Shown one piece after another: positions 9,381 to 19,754 of a stretch of 64,000 bases of DNA. Numbering within the stretch: position 1 is the first letter of the stretch; every line of letters starts with the position of its first letter. A program made the position numbers and the translations under genes. Under the pieces are notes generated by a model. That model did not search any database. It was not told the origin of the DNA and saw only the letters and a list, made by a program, of their open reading frames with translations. Origin of the DNA: a bacterium (lineage in GTDB: Bacteria > SAR324 > XYD2-FULL-50-16); assembly GCA_018830885.1 (NCBI GenBank), contig JAHJRI010000078.1, positions 4,144 through 68,143 of the forward strand, in the 5' to 3' direction.

Positions 9381-10007
9381 ATGTCTGATCAACTGACGCT
9401 GGAAATATTCTCCGATTATATCTGACCCTGGTGCTATTTCATCACCGGGCGTGCTGAGAAACTGAAACAAAATTATGAGATCGGGATCCAGTGGCGGGCT
9501 TTTCCCCTGCACCCCGAAACCCCAGCGGAAGGCCAATTGCTGACCGACCTCTTCAAGGGCTATCCGATGGATATTGAAGGCATGAAAGCGAGACTCAGGG
9601 AAACCGCCATCGGACTGGGTCTGCCCCTCGGAGAGCGCGACAGAACCTATAACAGTCGTCTGGCCCAGGAACTCGGTCTGTGGGCAGAGGAGGAAGGCGC
9701 AGGGGATGCATTTCATATGGCAGCGTTCAAGGCATACTTTGCCGATGGACATAATATCGGGCAGATATCTGTTCTGCTTGAGCTCGCTTCTGCCGTTGGT
9801 CTTTCCGTCGAAACAGCCGCAGATGTGCTGAACAAACGCCTTTTCCGGGAAGCCGTAGACCAGGATTGGGACTATGCCAGGAAACTGGCGATCACAGCCG
9901 TTCCGACATTTCTCATCAACCGGGATCGTTTGGTTGGGGCACAGCCTTATGAAATGCTGGAGAATTTTGTTACCACCCATGGCGCGGCCAAGCGCCGCCG
10001 GAATTAA
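9381..10007 (+). CDS. DsbA/FrnE-family thiol oxidoreductase, predicted selenoprotein (UxxC)
   Basis: ATG 9381 with SD-like GGATAGG; reads MSDQLTLEIFSDYI-TGA(9423-9425)-PWCYF...WRAFPLHP in frame with ORF 9537..10007 (AVPTF, GAQP); TGA sits at the first Cys of the family CPWC motif. Confidence 0.88.
9437..9461 (+). promoter_or_regulatory. Candidate bacterial SECIS hairpin
   Basis: TTTCATCAC-CGGGC-GTGCTGAGAAA; G-containing apical loop starts 21 nt after the UGA. Confidence 0.55.
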
Positions 10008-10373
10008 AACGGCAGGCCGTCCGACTGCAGTTCAGAAAGGATGGCCAGTCCAAATCCTGAACTGCCGAAATTCACAGTTCTGACCAGAGATCTGCTGTGC
10101 GGCGGTCTCCGTCTCTCGGTCCCTGGTAAACCCCCTGGAATTAATGGTTGACGCCCACATTCAGAACCCCACCCGGATGCCCTGCTCAGAAAACAACAGG
10201 GCGTGCAAACAGGTCAGCGGGTTCCGGGTGGACCTGGCTGTTTACCAGCGGGTGATGGCTGATTTCAACGTATTTCTTCCTTGTTTTCATTGATGACCTG
10301 TGCTAGTTTCGGTTTGACATCAATCTCATCCTAATTAATATCCCGTGGATCACTCAGAAAAGGAAACCGGAAC

Positions 10374-10763
10374 ATGGAACTTTTTGACAAGAGCACGCTG
10401 ACGACAACCATTTTCCTTGCGGCGTTAATGTCTGCAGTTGACGGCGATATTGATAAAGAGGAGTGGAATGTTATCAAACAGTTCATCAAGCTGCACTGGG
10501 TCCCTGCATTTGGCGATTTTAAGGAGGCACAGTCACAAATCATCTCCCATGTCAAAAAACTGGTTCACAATCCTGAGGCGCTGAAGAAGAAGGTCAATCA
10601 GCTGGTGGGTATCCTGCGGCCAAAGCTGTCGATGAAACAGAAAGAGGTATTGTTGAACCTGGTTCGCGAAGTCATGATGGCAGACAGGGAGATTGATGAA
10701 CAGGAAGAGAAACTGATCGATCAGCTGATGCAGATAATGGAAGTCAAGAAAAAAGAGATGTAA
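10374..10763 (+). CDS. TerB-like family protein
   Basis: Two repeated motifs AVDGDIDKEE and MADREIDEQE; 129 aa. Confidence 0.7.
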   Translation: MELFDKSTLTTTIFLAALMSAVDGDIDKEEWNVIKQFIKLHWVPAFGDFKEAQSQIISHVKKLVHNPEALKKKVNQLVGILRPKLSMKQKEVLLNLVREVMMADREIDEQEEKLIDQLMQIMEVKKKEM

Positions 10764-10773
10764 GAGCCCCCCC

Positions 10774-11205
10774 TTATCCTTCTGTCAAAGACGGCGTTTC
10801 AACAGAAAGCGGTTCCGGATATCCCAGTTTCTGCATGACATCAATCACCCCCTGTTTCCGGATGGGCTTGGTCATGTAATTGTCACACCCCTCCCTGACA
10901 CTGGAAAAGATATTTTTTGTATCCTTCATGGCGGATACCATCACGATTTTCGCCCCCGTTTCCGGTGCCAGATTGTCCTCTTCCCAACCTCGAATATTCA
11001 CCAGCACTTCGTGTCCGTCGATCTCCGGCATGATGATATCCAGAAAAATCACATCAAATGGTTCCTGCGCCTGATGGGCTTTGAGGAATTGGTCATAGGC
11101 CGTTTTCCCGTCCTCAGCGAAGATGCAGGTCCCGTATCTCTCAAGACGTTTCTCAAGCAGCCGGCAACTCTCGATATCATCATCAATTATCAGAAATTTC
11201 ATCAT
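10774..11205 (-). CDS. Single-domain response regulator (CheY-like)
   Basis: LIIDDD, FLDIIMPEIDG, MVSA, TKP; probable start 11205. Confidence 0.9.
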   Translation of the reverse strand: MMKFLIIDDDIESCRLLEKRLERYGTCIFAEDGKTAYDQFLKAHQAQEPFDVIFLDIIMPEIDGHEVLVNIRGWEEDNLAPETGAKIVMVSAMKDTKNIFSSVREGCDNYMTKPIRKQGVIDVMQKLGYPEPLSVETPSLTEG

Positions 11206-11481
11206 TTTTTCCAGCAGCCTCATAACAGTGCGATTGAGCCGTTTTTTCCAATTCAATGTCTAGCATGCTCCACCCATTCTGACCAGTGAAACCAGATGTC
11301 AAAACAGGCCGGACACAGCTGTTTTCCGCCTTTGGAAAGGCTCCGCAGGCCATCCGGCCCCGCTTTTTAGGATTGACGAAACGATCAGGGGAAGAGTAGC
11401 ACTGAAAGTCGAAACAGGGGCGGACTGCTGTTTCACACCGGTGAGTCCCCCATAAACCAAGAAACAAGCAAAGGGTGCAGT

Positions 11482-13635
11482 ATGTTCAGAAATCGCGTCA
11501 AAACAAAGATAATTCTGGCAGTAATCGGTATTATTGCCGTGACCATGATCATTTCATCAGCCATTGTATCATTCATTATTTATCAGCAGAACAGGGATAC
11601 CTCCTACAGTCTGTTGCGGCAGTCAGCAACTATTCTGCGCGACGATATCGATGGTTTAACACAGAAGCTGCTGAAAAACGCACGTCAGGCGGCGACAGCC
11701 AACGACATGGGAGCCAACATCGAATTCGCCGCGTCCGTAAGCTACAAAGAAGGGGAATCCATGGGTATGAAAAGTACTTATCAGGCCATGTCCCAGGGAC
11801 TCTATAATATCAGTCAGGCCGGCAACATCTGGAAAGCAGCCATTTACAATAAAAAAAACCAGCTGTCCGGATTCACGGTCATCGAAGGCGATCAGGGATT
11901 AATCGGCTTTCCCCGGACCAGCGATTTTTTGGTGGTCAACCTGAACCGGAATGAACAGGTCAACCCCGATGCCTGGAAACCACTGGCTGATTTTTCAGGA
12001 TTCGACCGGGTTTATCAGGGCGAGATCCCCAAAACGGAAACCGTCAGCTTTAAGCGTATCGACGCCTATATCACCCTCGTCGCCAAAGTCCCCATTGTCA
12101 CAACAGCTATCAACGAGAAGACCCAGGCAACCGAGCAGGTGCCGGTCGGCATCATTGTGGCCGTATTTCGATTTGATCAGGGGTTCATCGAGCGTCTTTC
12201 TAAAATTACCGGGAACCGCATCGGAATTATCAAACCGGATAACACCACCATTGGAGATCTCTCCGGGTATCCCGAATTGAACCCGGATACATTTGGTCCG
12301 GTGGACAAAGCGTGGCGTATTCAAAAACAGCCGGTGATCCTGAACGATATATCCCTGGAAAAAGAGCGCTATTTCCAGGGTCTGCTGCCGATCTACGCTG
12401 AGGACGGATATGTGGGGGCATTGACCATGCTGCATTCCATGAATGTCTCCATGAACAACACGCTGCATGTGGTGAAGGTTCTCAGCCTGGTTTCCCTCGG
12501 GTGTATTATCCTGTTTTTCCCTCTGGCTTTTTTTGCATCCAACTCCTTTTCGAAACCGCTGGAGGAGTTGTCCCGTGTCCTTTCAGACGTTGAACAGACC
12601 GGTGATTTTTCCCATCGCGTCAGCGTCAACAGCAGGGACGAAATCGGTCAGACCTCGGAAGCATTTAACCATCTGATGGACGCATTGCAGGAAGCGATCG
12701 GCAATGTCAACAATGTCCTGGCCGCCGTCGCCAAAGGGGATCTTTCCCACAGCATTGCCGGAAACTACAGGGGTGAACTCAGTCGTCTGCAGACCCATAC
12801 CAATGACTCCATTGTCATGCTGGGACGCTTGATGTCCCAGGTGATAGAAGCCAGTCAGCAGGTCAATACCGGTGCGCAGGAACTGTCCCATTCGGCACAG
12901 GTGCTGGCCAACGGGACCACCCAGCAGGCAGCGACGCTGGAGGAGGTCGCCTCTTCCATGGATGAAATCGAAACCCGCACCAAAACCAACCGGGATAATG
13001 CCAATCAGGCCAGGGTATTAACAGATCAGACCATCGAAATCGTCAAGAACGGCAACCACCAGATGGAAAGTATGCTGGCATCGATGAAGCGGATCAATGA
13101 ATCCAGTTCCCAGGTTTCCAGGGTTATCAAAACGATTGACGAGATCGCCTTCCAGACCAACCTGCTGGCTTTGAATGCAGCTGTGGAAGCCGCCAGGGCC
13201 GGGAAATACGGCAAGGGATTTGCGGTTGTCGCCGAGGAGGTTCGAAATCTCGCTGCTCGGAGTGCAGCAGCGGCCAAGGATACGACAGAGCTGATCGAAA
13301 GTTCCATCAAGGAGGTGGAAAAAGGGGTGCAAAACGCTGACAGCACTGCCTCTGTGCTTGAAAGAATCACCGAAGGGATCAATCAGTCCAACGCGCTGAT
13401 CAATGAGATATCCGCTGCCTCCGTGGAACAGGCCAACAGTGTCACAGAAATCAACAAGGGACTGACGAATGTCAACAACGTGGTCCAGCAGAACTCATCA
13501 ATTTCAGAGCAGGCCGCCGCTGCTTCAGAGGAACTCTCCGGCCAGGCCGCCCGACTGCAGGAAATGATGAACCTCTTTATCCTGTCAAAGCAATTGCTGG
13601 ACTCAGACACCGTATTGCTGATCGAGGAGAGCTGA
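11482..13635 (+). CDS. Methyl-accepting chemotaxis protein
   Basis: Two TM segments, HAMP (RDEIGQ), IAFQTNLLALNAAVEAARAG signalling hairpin. Confidence 0.95.
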   Translation: MFRNRVKTKIILAVIGIIAVTMIISSAIVSFIIYQQNRDTSYSLLRQSATILRDDIDGLTQKLLKNARQAATANDMGANIEFAASVSYKEGESMGMKSTYQAMSQGLYNISQAGNIWKAAIYNKKNQLSGFTVIEGDQGLIGFPRTSDFLVVNLNRNEQVNPDAWKPLADFSGFDRVYQGEIPKTETVSFKRIDAYITLVAKVPIVTTAINEKTQATEQVPVGIIVAVFRFDQGFIERLSKITGNRIGIIKPDNTTIGDLSGYPELNPDTFGPVDKAWRIQKQPVILNDISLEKERYFQGLLPIYAEDGYVGALTMLHSMNVSMNNTLHVVKVLSLVSLGCIILFFPLAFFASNSFSKPLEELSRVLSDVEQTGDFSHRVSVNSRDEIGQTSEAFNHLMDALQEAIGNVNNVLAAVAKGDLSHSIAGNYRGELSRLQTHTNDSIVMLGRLMSQVIEASQQVNTGAQELSHSAQVLANGTTQQAATLEEVASSMDEIETRTKTNRDNANQARVLTDQTIEIVKNGNHQMESMLASMKRINESSSQVSRVIKTIDEIAFQTNLLALNAAVEAARAGKYGKGFAVVAEEVRNLAARSAAAAKDTTELIESSIKEVEKGVQNADSTASVLERITEGINQSNALINEISAASVEQANSVTEINKGLTNVNNVVQQNSSISEQAAAASEELSGQAARLQEMMNLFILSKQLLDSDTVLLIEES

Positions 13636-13925
13636 TCCGGCGGAAACCCTTTTTGACCGGCTCACCCTTTCCTGCTGCGGGCATCGCAGCCGGTCTGTTC
13701 CAACATATCTCAGGGTGTTCCGAAAAAGCCCCTGCATCCTGAGAACAGGCCTCTGCCCAGACTATTGCCAATTTGAAGTTTGACGGAATTTTACCGATCC
13801 CGGTAAGCTGAAACTGGTTTTTTACTGGAACAGTCTTCACTGCCTTCCACTTCTTCCTCACATTCCTGTAAACGGTTGAACAACAGAACTGGAACCGATC
13901 ATCATTCATATTTAAAGAGAACCCT

Positions 13926-15635
13926 ATGAAAATACTCCGCGTAAACATGAGCGACCTGACCATTTCTTATGAATCCGTTTTAGACCGCGATCTGATTATC
14001 GGTGGCAGGGCTCTGACAGCCAGAATTCTGAATAAAGAGGTCCCACCGAAAACCGATCCGCTGGGACCGGACGCAAAATTGATCATTGCCTGTGGGGCAC
14101 TGGCCGGAACCAAGGCCCCGTCAGCCGGGCGCTTCTCCATTGGTGCGAAAAGCCCGCTGACCATGGGCATCAAAGAGGCCAACAGTGGCGGTCCGGCCGG
14201 TCAAAAGCTGGATCTCCTGGGGTATCGGGCTGTTATCGTCGAAGGACAGGCAAAGGATGGGAAACTGTATCTGCTGAAAATCAGCTCGGAGGGCGTTGAA
14301 CTCAAAGATGCGGAAGCCTACCGGGGAATGAAAAACTACACACTGGCATCCAAGCTGTACCAGCAGTTTGATGCAAAAGCCGCCATCATCTCCATCGGCA
14401 TTGCCGGAGAAAAGGGCTGGAAAGCCTCTGCCATCACAATGACTGACAATGACGGCCACTCCTCTAGACACGCTGCCCGGGGTGGTCTGGGGGCGGTTAT
14501 GGGATCCAGAGGGCTGAAGTGTATCGTGATTGATGACAGCGGCACGCAAAAGGTGGAGATAGCACACAAACCCGCTTTTCAGGCATCCGTAAAGAACTGG
14601 GCCAAAATCACCAAGGAGGACAAAAACCTGAAAGGAACCATGAAGCAGGGGACAACCGCGGTGATCGGCACGTTGAGATGGCTGGGGGCCATGCCCGCCT
14701 TGAATTACAGCAACGAAAAACTGGAGGGAATTGAATCCATCAACGGCGATGCCATCGAGAAGTTGAACCAGTCCCGGGGAGGCAAAATGGCTGGGTGTAT
14801 GCCCGGCTGCATCGTCCGCTGCTCCATCGTCTTCAATGACGAAAAGGGAAAACATGTGACCTCCAGCTACGAGTACGAAACCATCGCCCTGATGGGAACC
14901 AACCTGGGTCTCGTGGATCCGGATGTGGTGGCAAAACTGGATTTTCTGGCCGATGATATTGGCATCGATACCATCGAGGTCGGTGCTGCGATGGGGGTAG
15001 CCGCCAGTGCCGGGAAGATGAAGATGGGGGATGCGGCTTCCGCGCTGGCTTTGCTGGATGAGATCGAAAAGGGAACAGAACTGGGTGTCATGCTGGCAAA
15101 CGGCGTTGAGGAGACCTGCCGCAAACTCGGTATCGACCGGATTCCGGCATTCAAAGGCCAGGCGATTCCCGCCCACGATCCCAGAATTACCAAACCAACC
15201 GGTGTCAGCTACCATACCAGTCCCATGGGTGCCGATCACACCGCCGGTATCTCCTATGATGATTTCAGCTCCAGGGAAGGGCAGATCGAACGATCGCTCG
15301 CGTCCCAGGTATTCAATGCCACGCGTGACGCCATGGGCTACTGCATGCTGGCCACACCGGCCGACAATAAACTGCTGCTGACCTTTCTCAAGGAGCTGAT
15401 AAACGCCCGGTACGACCTGAATGTATCGGAAAAAGACATCATCGAAGTCGGTAAAGAGACGTTGAAGAACGAACTGGCATTTAACCAGGGCAGCGAATTC
15501 TTTTCCGCTCATGAACCTTCTCCGGCGTTTATCCGAACAGAACCCATGGGGCCTAACAATGCTGTTTTTGATATCGATCCTGCTGAAATAGAGACCCTTT
15601 GGGGAAAACTGGACGCTTACCAGATGGAACTCTGA
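13926..15635 (+). CDS. aor: Aldehyde:ferredoxin oxidoreductase family (W/Mo-pterin) protein
   Basis: KSPLT, AARGGLGAVMGSRGLK, CxxGCxxxC, EYET, DDxGxDTI, GADH motifs. Confidence 0.9.
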   Translation: MKILRVNMSDLTISYESVLDRDLIIGGRALTARILNKEVPPKTDPLGPDAKLIIACGALAGTKAPSAGRFSIGAKSPLTMGIKEANSGGPAGQKLDLLGYRAVIVEGQAKDGKLYLLKISSEGVELKDAEAYRGMKNYTLASKLYQQFDAKAAIISIGIAGEKGWKASAITMTDNDGHSSRHAARGGLGAVMGSRGLKCIVIDDSGTQKVEIAHKPAFQASVKNWAKITKEDKNLKGTMKQGTTAVIGTLRWLGAMPALNYSNEKLEGIESINGDAIEKLNQSRGGKMAGCMPGCIVRCSIVFNDEKGKHVTSSYEYETIALMGTNLGLVDPDVVAKLDFLADDIGIDTIEVGAAMGVAASAGKMKMGDAASALALLDEIEKGTELGVMLANGVEETCRKLGIDRIPAFKGQAIPAHDPRITKPTGVSYHTSPMGADHTAGISYDDFSSREGQIERSLASQVFNATRDAMGYCMLATPADNKLLLTFLKELINARYDLNVSEKDIIEVGKETLKNELAFNQGSEFFSAHEPSPAFIRTEPMGPNNAVFDIDPAEIETLWGKLDAYQMEL

Positions 15636-17092
15636 TGACCGCATTGAACCTGGACAGACTCTTCAATCCCAGGACGATTGCCATGATCGGCGCCTCCGCA
15701 ACGCCGGGAAAATGGGGAAATATTATTCTGCTGAATATACTTAAAGGCAATTTCAAAGGCAGAATCTTTCCGGTCAATCCCAAAGCGGAAAAAATTCTGG
15801 GATATCCATGCTACGCGAGTGTACAGGATATCCCGGAGACGATTGACATGGCCCTGATCACCACGCCATCTCAATCCATTCTGCCCCTGATCGATGCCTG
15901 CGGGGAAAAACAGATCCCTTTTCTGGTCGTGGTCACCTCCAATTTCAGCGAAACCGGCGATGCGGGAGCGAAGCTGGAAAAGGAGATGATCGCCAGGGCG
16001 GCCACCTACGGCATACGGATCGTCGGACCCAATACCATGGGTATATACAGCGCCGAATCAGAACTGCACGCGCTGATGCCGATGCTGATGCCCCTGAGGG
16101 GTTCTGTCTCCATGTTCTCCCAGAGCGGAAACGTGGGGGTGCAGATGATGGACTACGGGCAGAAGGAGGGTGTCGGATTTGAAAAATTCGTCAGTAGCGG
16201 AAACGAAGGCGACCTGAACAATGTCGATTACCTGAAATATTTTGCAAATGACAAAAACACCCGGGTGATTCTCGGCTATATCGAAGGGGTGGATCCCGGG
16301 ACCGGTTTTCTGCCAACCGTCAGGAGCATTTCAAAATCCAAGCCCATCGTCATGTTCAAGGGTGGCCGGACTGAAGTCGGGTCACGGGCGGCGGCCTCCC
16401 ACACCGGCTCCCTGGCCGGTACCCGGGAAATCAACCGGGCTGCCTTTCGACAGGCAGGGATCATGGAGGTACAGTGCAGCCTGGAACTGATTGACTGCGC
16501 CAAGGCTTTCGCCAACTACCCCATTCCAAAGGGAAATCGCGTCGGAATTATTACCCGGGGCGGCGGTTGGGGCGTCATTACCGCCGATTCCTGCGAGGAA
16601 GCGGGGCTGGTTGTCCCCCCCCTTCCAGACGATATGATCCGGCGGATCGACCGGATTCTCCCAGACTACTGGAATCGCGGGAATCCCGTCGATCTGGTGG
16701 CAACGGTTGCGGACGACCCCATGCCGGAGATTCTGACCATGCTGGCCGAATGGGATGGTGTCGATGCAGTGATTGCCCTCGGGGCAGGATTCAGGTCCTT
16801 CAATTTTGAGTACTCCTCTGATGTGACCGGACCACCGGAGCTGATTGAAACCATGCGCTTCATGAAAAGCCTGTTTGATAACACCTCCAACGCGCCTGAC
16901 AAAATCCTGCAGCTGATCGCAGACCTGGTCAAAAAGACCGGCAAACCCATCATATCTGTCTCCACCGGCTCCCAATACTCGCACAAGGAGTTCACGGAAA
17001 GATACAAGATCGTCTCCTTTCCCACACCGGAAAGAGCGGTCAAGGTACTGAAAATCATGTGCGAATACCATCAAATCAGGCAATCCAGATAA
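15635..17092 (+). CDS. ADP-forming acyl-CoA synthetase alpha subunit
   Basis: IGASATPGKWG, IVGPNTMG, SQSG, phospho-His SHTGSLAG, NPVD; ATG overlaps the aor stop (TGATG). Confidence 0.9.
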   Translation: MTALNLDRLFNPRTIAMIGASATPGKWGNIILLNILKGNFKGRIFPVNPKAEKILGYPCYASVQDIPETIDMALITTPSQSILPLIDACGEKQIPFLVVVTSNFSETGDAGAKLEKEMIARAATYGIRIVGPNTMGIYSAESELHALMPMLMPLRGSVSMFSQSGNVGVQMMDYGQKEGVGFEKFVSSGNEGDLNNVDYLKYFANDKNTRVILGYIEGVDPGTGFLPTVRSISKSKPIVMFKGGRTEVGSRAAASHTGSLAGTREINRAAFRQAGIMEVQCSLELIDCAKAFANYPIPKGNRVGIITRGGGWGVITADSCEEAGLVVPPLPDDMIRRIDRILPDYWNRGNPVDLVATVADDPMPEILTMLAEWDGVDAVIALGAGFRSFNFEYSSDVTGPPELIETMRFMKSLFDNTSNAPDKILQLIADLVKKTGKPIISVSTGSQYSHKEFTERYKIVSFPTPERAVKVLKIMCEYHQIRQSR

Positions 17093-17172
17093 AACAGAAA
17101 CTTCGCCGTTCCTGAATCGCATGTCCACCATGCCCGATGGAACCGGCTGTCTGTTCAGAGGAAGCGCTGGAT

Positions 17173-17202
17173 TTGACATAGCCGATCCGTCGGGGTTATA
17201 AC
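17173..17202 (+). promoter_or_regulatory. Sigma70-like promoter for the ACD beta gene
   Basis: TTGACA-N18-TATAAC. Confidence 0.5.
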
Positions 17203-17279
17203 TTGATGGAACAAAAGACGACTGACAAAAAAGAGACCCACACGAATCGCTGAACTGCCATTTCAACCAGGAGGAATAA

Positions 17280-17951
17280 ATGGAGATTATCAAACAGGCA
17301 CTTAAGAATAACCAAACAACGCTATCCGAATTTGATTCTAAAAGAGTGCTGACTGAATACAAAATCCCGGTCACAAGAGAAATCGTTGCCAAGGATGTCA
17401 ACGAACTGAAACAGGCAGTGGAAAAAATCGGCTTTCCTCTCGTTCTGAAGGGAAGTTCCGCCGAAATTGCACATAAAACTGAAAAAGGCCTGATTAAAAT
17501 AGATATCAGAACGTTGGAAGAAGCCACCGCCGCATTCGAAGAGATCACCGCCAAAATGGGGGACGACAAGGGCGGCGTGCTGGTGCAGGAAATGATCAAA
17601 GGCCAGCGCGAACTCGTTGTCGGTCTGACCCGTGATCCCCAGTTCGGTCCCTGCGTCATGTTCGGTCTGGGTGGGATATTCACCGAAATACTGAAGGATG
17701 TGGCTTTTCGTGTTGCTCCCCTCACACGTAAAGACGCCATGGATATCATGGATGATTTCAAGAGCAAAAAAATACTGGATGCCGTTCGGGGGATGGAAGC
17801 TGTGGATCGGGAAATCCTGGCAGACATCCTGATTGCTGTTGGCCAGATCGGGCTGGATCACGAAGAGATCCAGGAGATCGATATCAACCCCTTGAAAATC
17901 CTCAATGGAAAACCAGTGGCTGTCGATGCCCTGGTCGTACTGAAAGCATAA
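17280..17951 (+). CDS. ADP-forming acyl-CoA synthetase beta subunit (ATP-grasp)
   Basis: GFPLVLK, HKTEKG, DPQFGP, GLGGIFTE, DINPL; GGAGG SD. Confidence 0.92.
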   Translation: MEIIKQALKNNQTTLSEFDSKRVLTEYKIPVTREIVAKDVNELKQAVEKIGFPLVLKGSSAEIAHKTEKGLIKIDIRTLEEATAAFEEITAKMGDDKGGVLVQEMIKGQRELVVGLTRDPQFGPCVMFGLGGIFTEILKDVAFRVAPLTRKDAMDIMDDFKSKKILDAVRGMEAVDREILADILIAVGQIGLDHEEIQEIDINPLKILNGKPVAVDALVVLKA

Positions 17952-17978
17952 TCCGATACCTCCCCGACCACACATCTG

Positions 17979-18009
17979 CTCGCGGCTGGTCGATTACCCA
18001 TGCCGCGAG
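17979..18009. terminator. GC-rich hairpin between convergent genes
   Basis: CTCGCGGC...GCCGCGAG inverted repeat. Confidence 0.45.
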
Positions 18010-18021
18010 GGGTTTCCCGCT

Positions 18022-19419
18022 TTATTCAATACGCCGCACCTGAATTGTCGGTACCAGTTTGTCCTGGGCTTTGATTTCGTGAATCACCACCACCCGGTCT
18101 CCCGGGGCAAAGTCATCTGCCGCGCGCAGCACATGCAGTGCCTTCTGGACCGTTTCCTCGAAATCCGTTTCAAATTGGATCAGGATCGGGTACACCGCTC
18201 GATAGAGAATCAGTGTCTTCTGGGTTTTCGCTGAGTTGGTAAAGGCAAAAATCTTGATATTCGCTGGCCGGCAGTTGGATACAATGGCCGCTGACCGGCC
18301 GCTTTGGGAAAAAGTGACAATGCCTTTGAGCTTGAGGTCTCCCACCAGTTGCACGGCGGCCAGGGCAATATGCTGAAGATCGTTGTCCCGGATCATCTGC
18401 CGGGCATAGGCCACACCGGGAGACTGTTCCGCTTTGCGGGCCGTCCGCACCATGTAGTCAATTGCTTTGACCGGATATTTTCCGCTGGCGGTTTCACCGG
18501 AGAGCATGATGGCATCCGCCTCTTCAAACACTGCGTTAGCAATATCGGTTATCTCAGCACGGGTGGGAATAGGATTCTCAATCATCGATTCCAGGAGATG
18601 GGTAGCGATGATGAGACATTTCCCGTGAATGGCACAGAGGTAAGCGATCTGTCGTTGAATGGTGGGAAGATCCTCCATATCCACTTCAATCCCAAGGTCA
18701 CCCCGGGCCACCATAATACCATCCACCTCGCGAATAATCTCCTCCAGATTATTGACCCCCTCGTAGTTTTCAATCTTGGCGATGATCTTGGTCTGGCGAC
18801 CTTTCTCCCCGAGCAGTTCCCGCAGTTCAACGATGGCGTTTTTATCCCTCACAAATGAAAGAGCAATAAAATCAATATCATTTTCGATTCCAAAAAGAAT
18901 ATCGGATTTGTCCTTATTGGTCAGCGCCGGAATTTGCACATGGATTCCCGGCAGATTGACATGCCGCCGGGGTTTGATCTCACCCCCATCCAGGACCTTG
19001 CACCACAACTGATTGTCCTCTTTTTTTGTTACCTGCAGATTGATCAGACCGCTGTCAACGGTGATCCGGTCACCGATATTGACTGTGGACGGAAGATGGG
19101 GATAGTTGACAAACAGGACATTGCTGTTGTCATCGGCCTGGGGAGGGACGACAATGGCAATGGTTTTTCCCTCAGTCAGAATCATCCCGGAAACACCGGT
19201 TCTGATCTCGGGACCCTGGGTATCGAGCAGAAGACCTACCGGATAATCCACCTCCTGATTCAGCTGCTGAACCATGTTGATCACCTCAAGATGGGAGGGT
19301 TGATCACCGTGGGACATATTCAGCCGGACAATATTCATACCCGCCTGGGACATCTTTTTTAAATCCGCAAAAGTATTGCTGGCCGGTCCGATGGTACAGA
19401 TGATTCTGGTGTTGATCAT
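18022..19419 (-). CDS. pyk: Pyruvate kinase
   Basis: IICTIGPAS, RLNMSHG, DTQGPEIRTG, IIAKIE, ARGDLG, MLSGETA; ATG 19419. Confidence 0.96.
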   Translation of the reverse strand: MINTRIICTIGPASNTFADLKKMSQAGMNIVRLNMSHGDQPSHLEVINMVQQLNQEVDYPVGLLLDTQGPEIRTGVSGMILTEGKTIAIVVPPQADDNSNVLFVNYPHLPSTVNIGDRITVDSGLINLQVTKKEDNQLWCKVLDGGEIKPRRHVNLPGIHVQIPALTNKDKSDILFGIENDIDFIALSFVRDKNAIVELRELLGEKGRQTKIIAKIENYEGVNNLEEIIREVDGIMVARGDLGIEVDMEDLPTIQRQIAYLCAIHGKCLIIATHLLESMIENPIPTRAEITDIANAVFEEADAIMLSGETASGKYPVKAIDYMVRTARKAEQSPGVAYARQMIRDNDLQHIALAAVQLVGDLKLKGIVTFSQSGRSAAIVSNCRPANIKIFAFTNSAKTQKTLILYRAVYPILIQFETDFEETVQKALHVLRAADDFAPGDRVVVIHEIKAQDKLVPTIQVRRIE

Positions 19420-19650
19420 GCCGATCTCCTCATGGGTTGCTTTTGATCCCGGGCCTGATGGGTGATGTGAATACGCCCGCATTCTGGGTCCAGCATACCA
19501 TGGTTTCCTGTTTGAAAAAAGGTTAATTTCATGTATTTAATGGCACGACAAACCGGATCTGAGCACCCTGCTTGTTTCCCGGTGTATAGGATAAATGACG
19601 GTATCCTTTAAAAAATAGGGATCGTGATGCAAAAGAGGGCATATCCGAAA

Positions 19651-19679
19651 TTGACGTTTGACGAAGAGAAATGTAGAAT
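19651..19679 (+). promoter_or_regulatory. Sigma70-like promoter
   Basis: TTGACG-N17-TAGAAT upstream of the phosphohexomutase gene. Confidence 0.55.
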
Positions 19680-19754
19680 CAGCTATGATAAAAAGTACCT
19701 GTCAATAGTTGAAGCAGAAACCCCGATTGCGGATCCCCGATGGACGAGGCGATA

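Noticed and set aside
9255-9980. 241-aa minus-strand ORF
   Set aside because: Antisense to the DsbA/FrnE selenoprotein, which has clear family motifs
11290-11481. c-di-GMP riboswitch upstream of the MCP gene
   Set aside because: Hairpins are present but the GEMM consensus elements could not be found
14121-15644. 507-aa minus-strand ORF (similarly 16382-17827, 25689-26870, 35478-37178, 40944-42575, 52850-53911)
   Set aside because: Antisense shadows of well-supported genes; no recognisable motifs
19541-19556. TGGCACG as a sigma54 -24 box
   Set aside because: No GC at the -12 position
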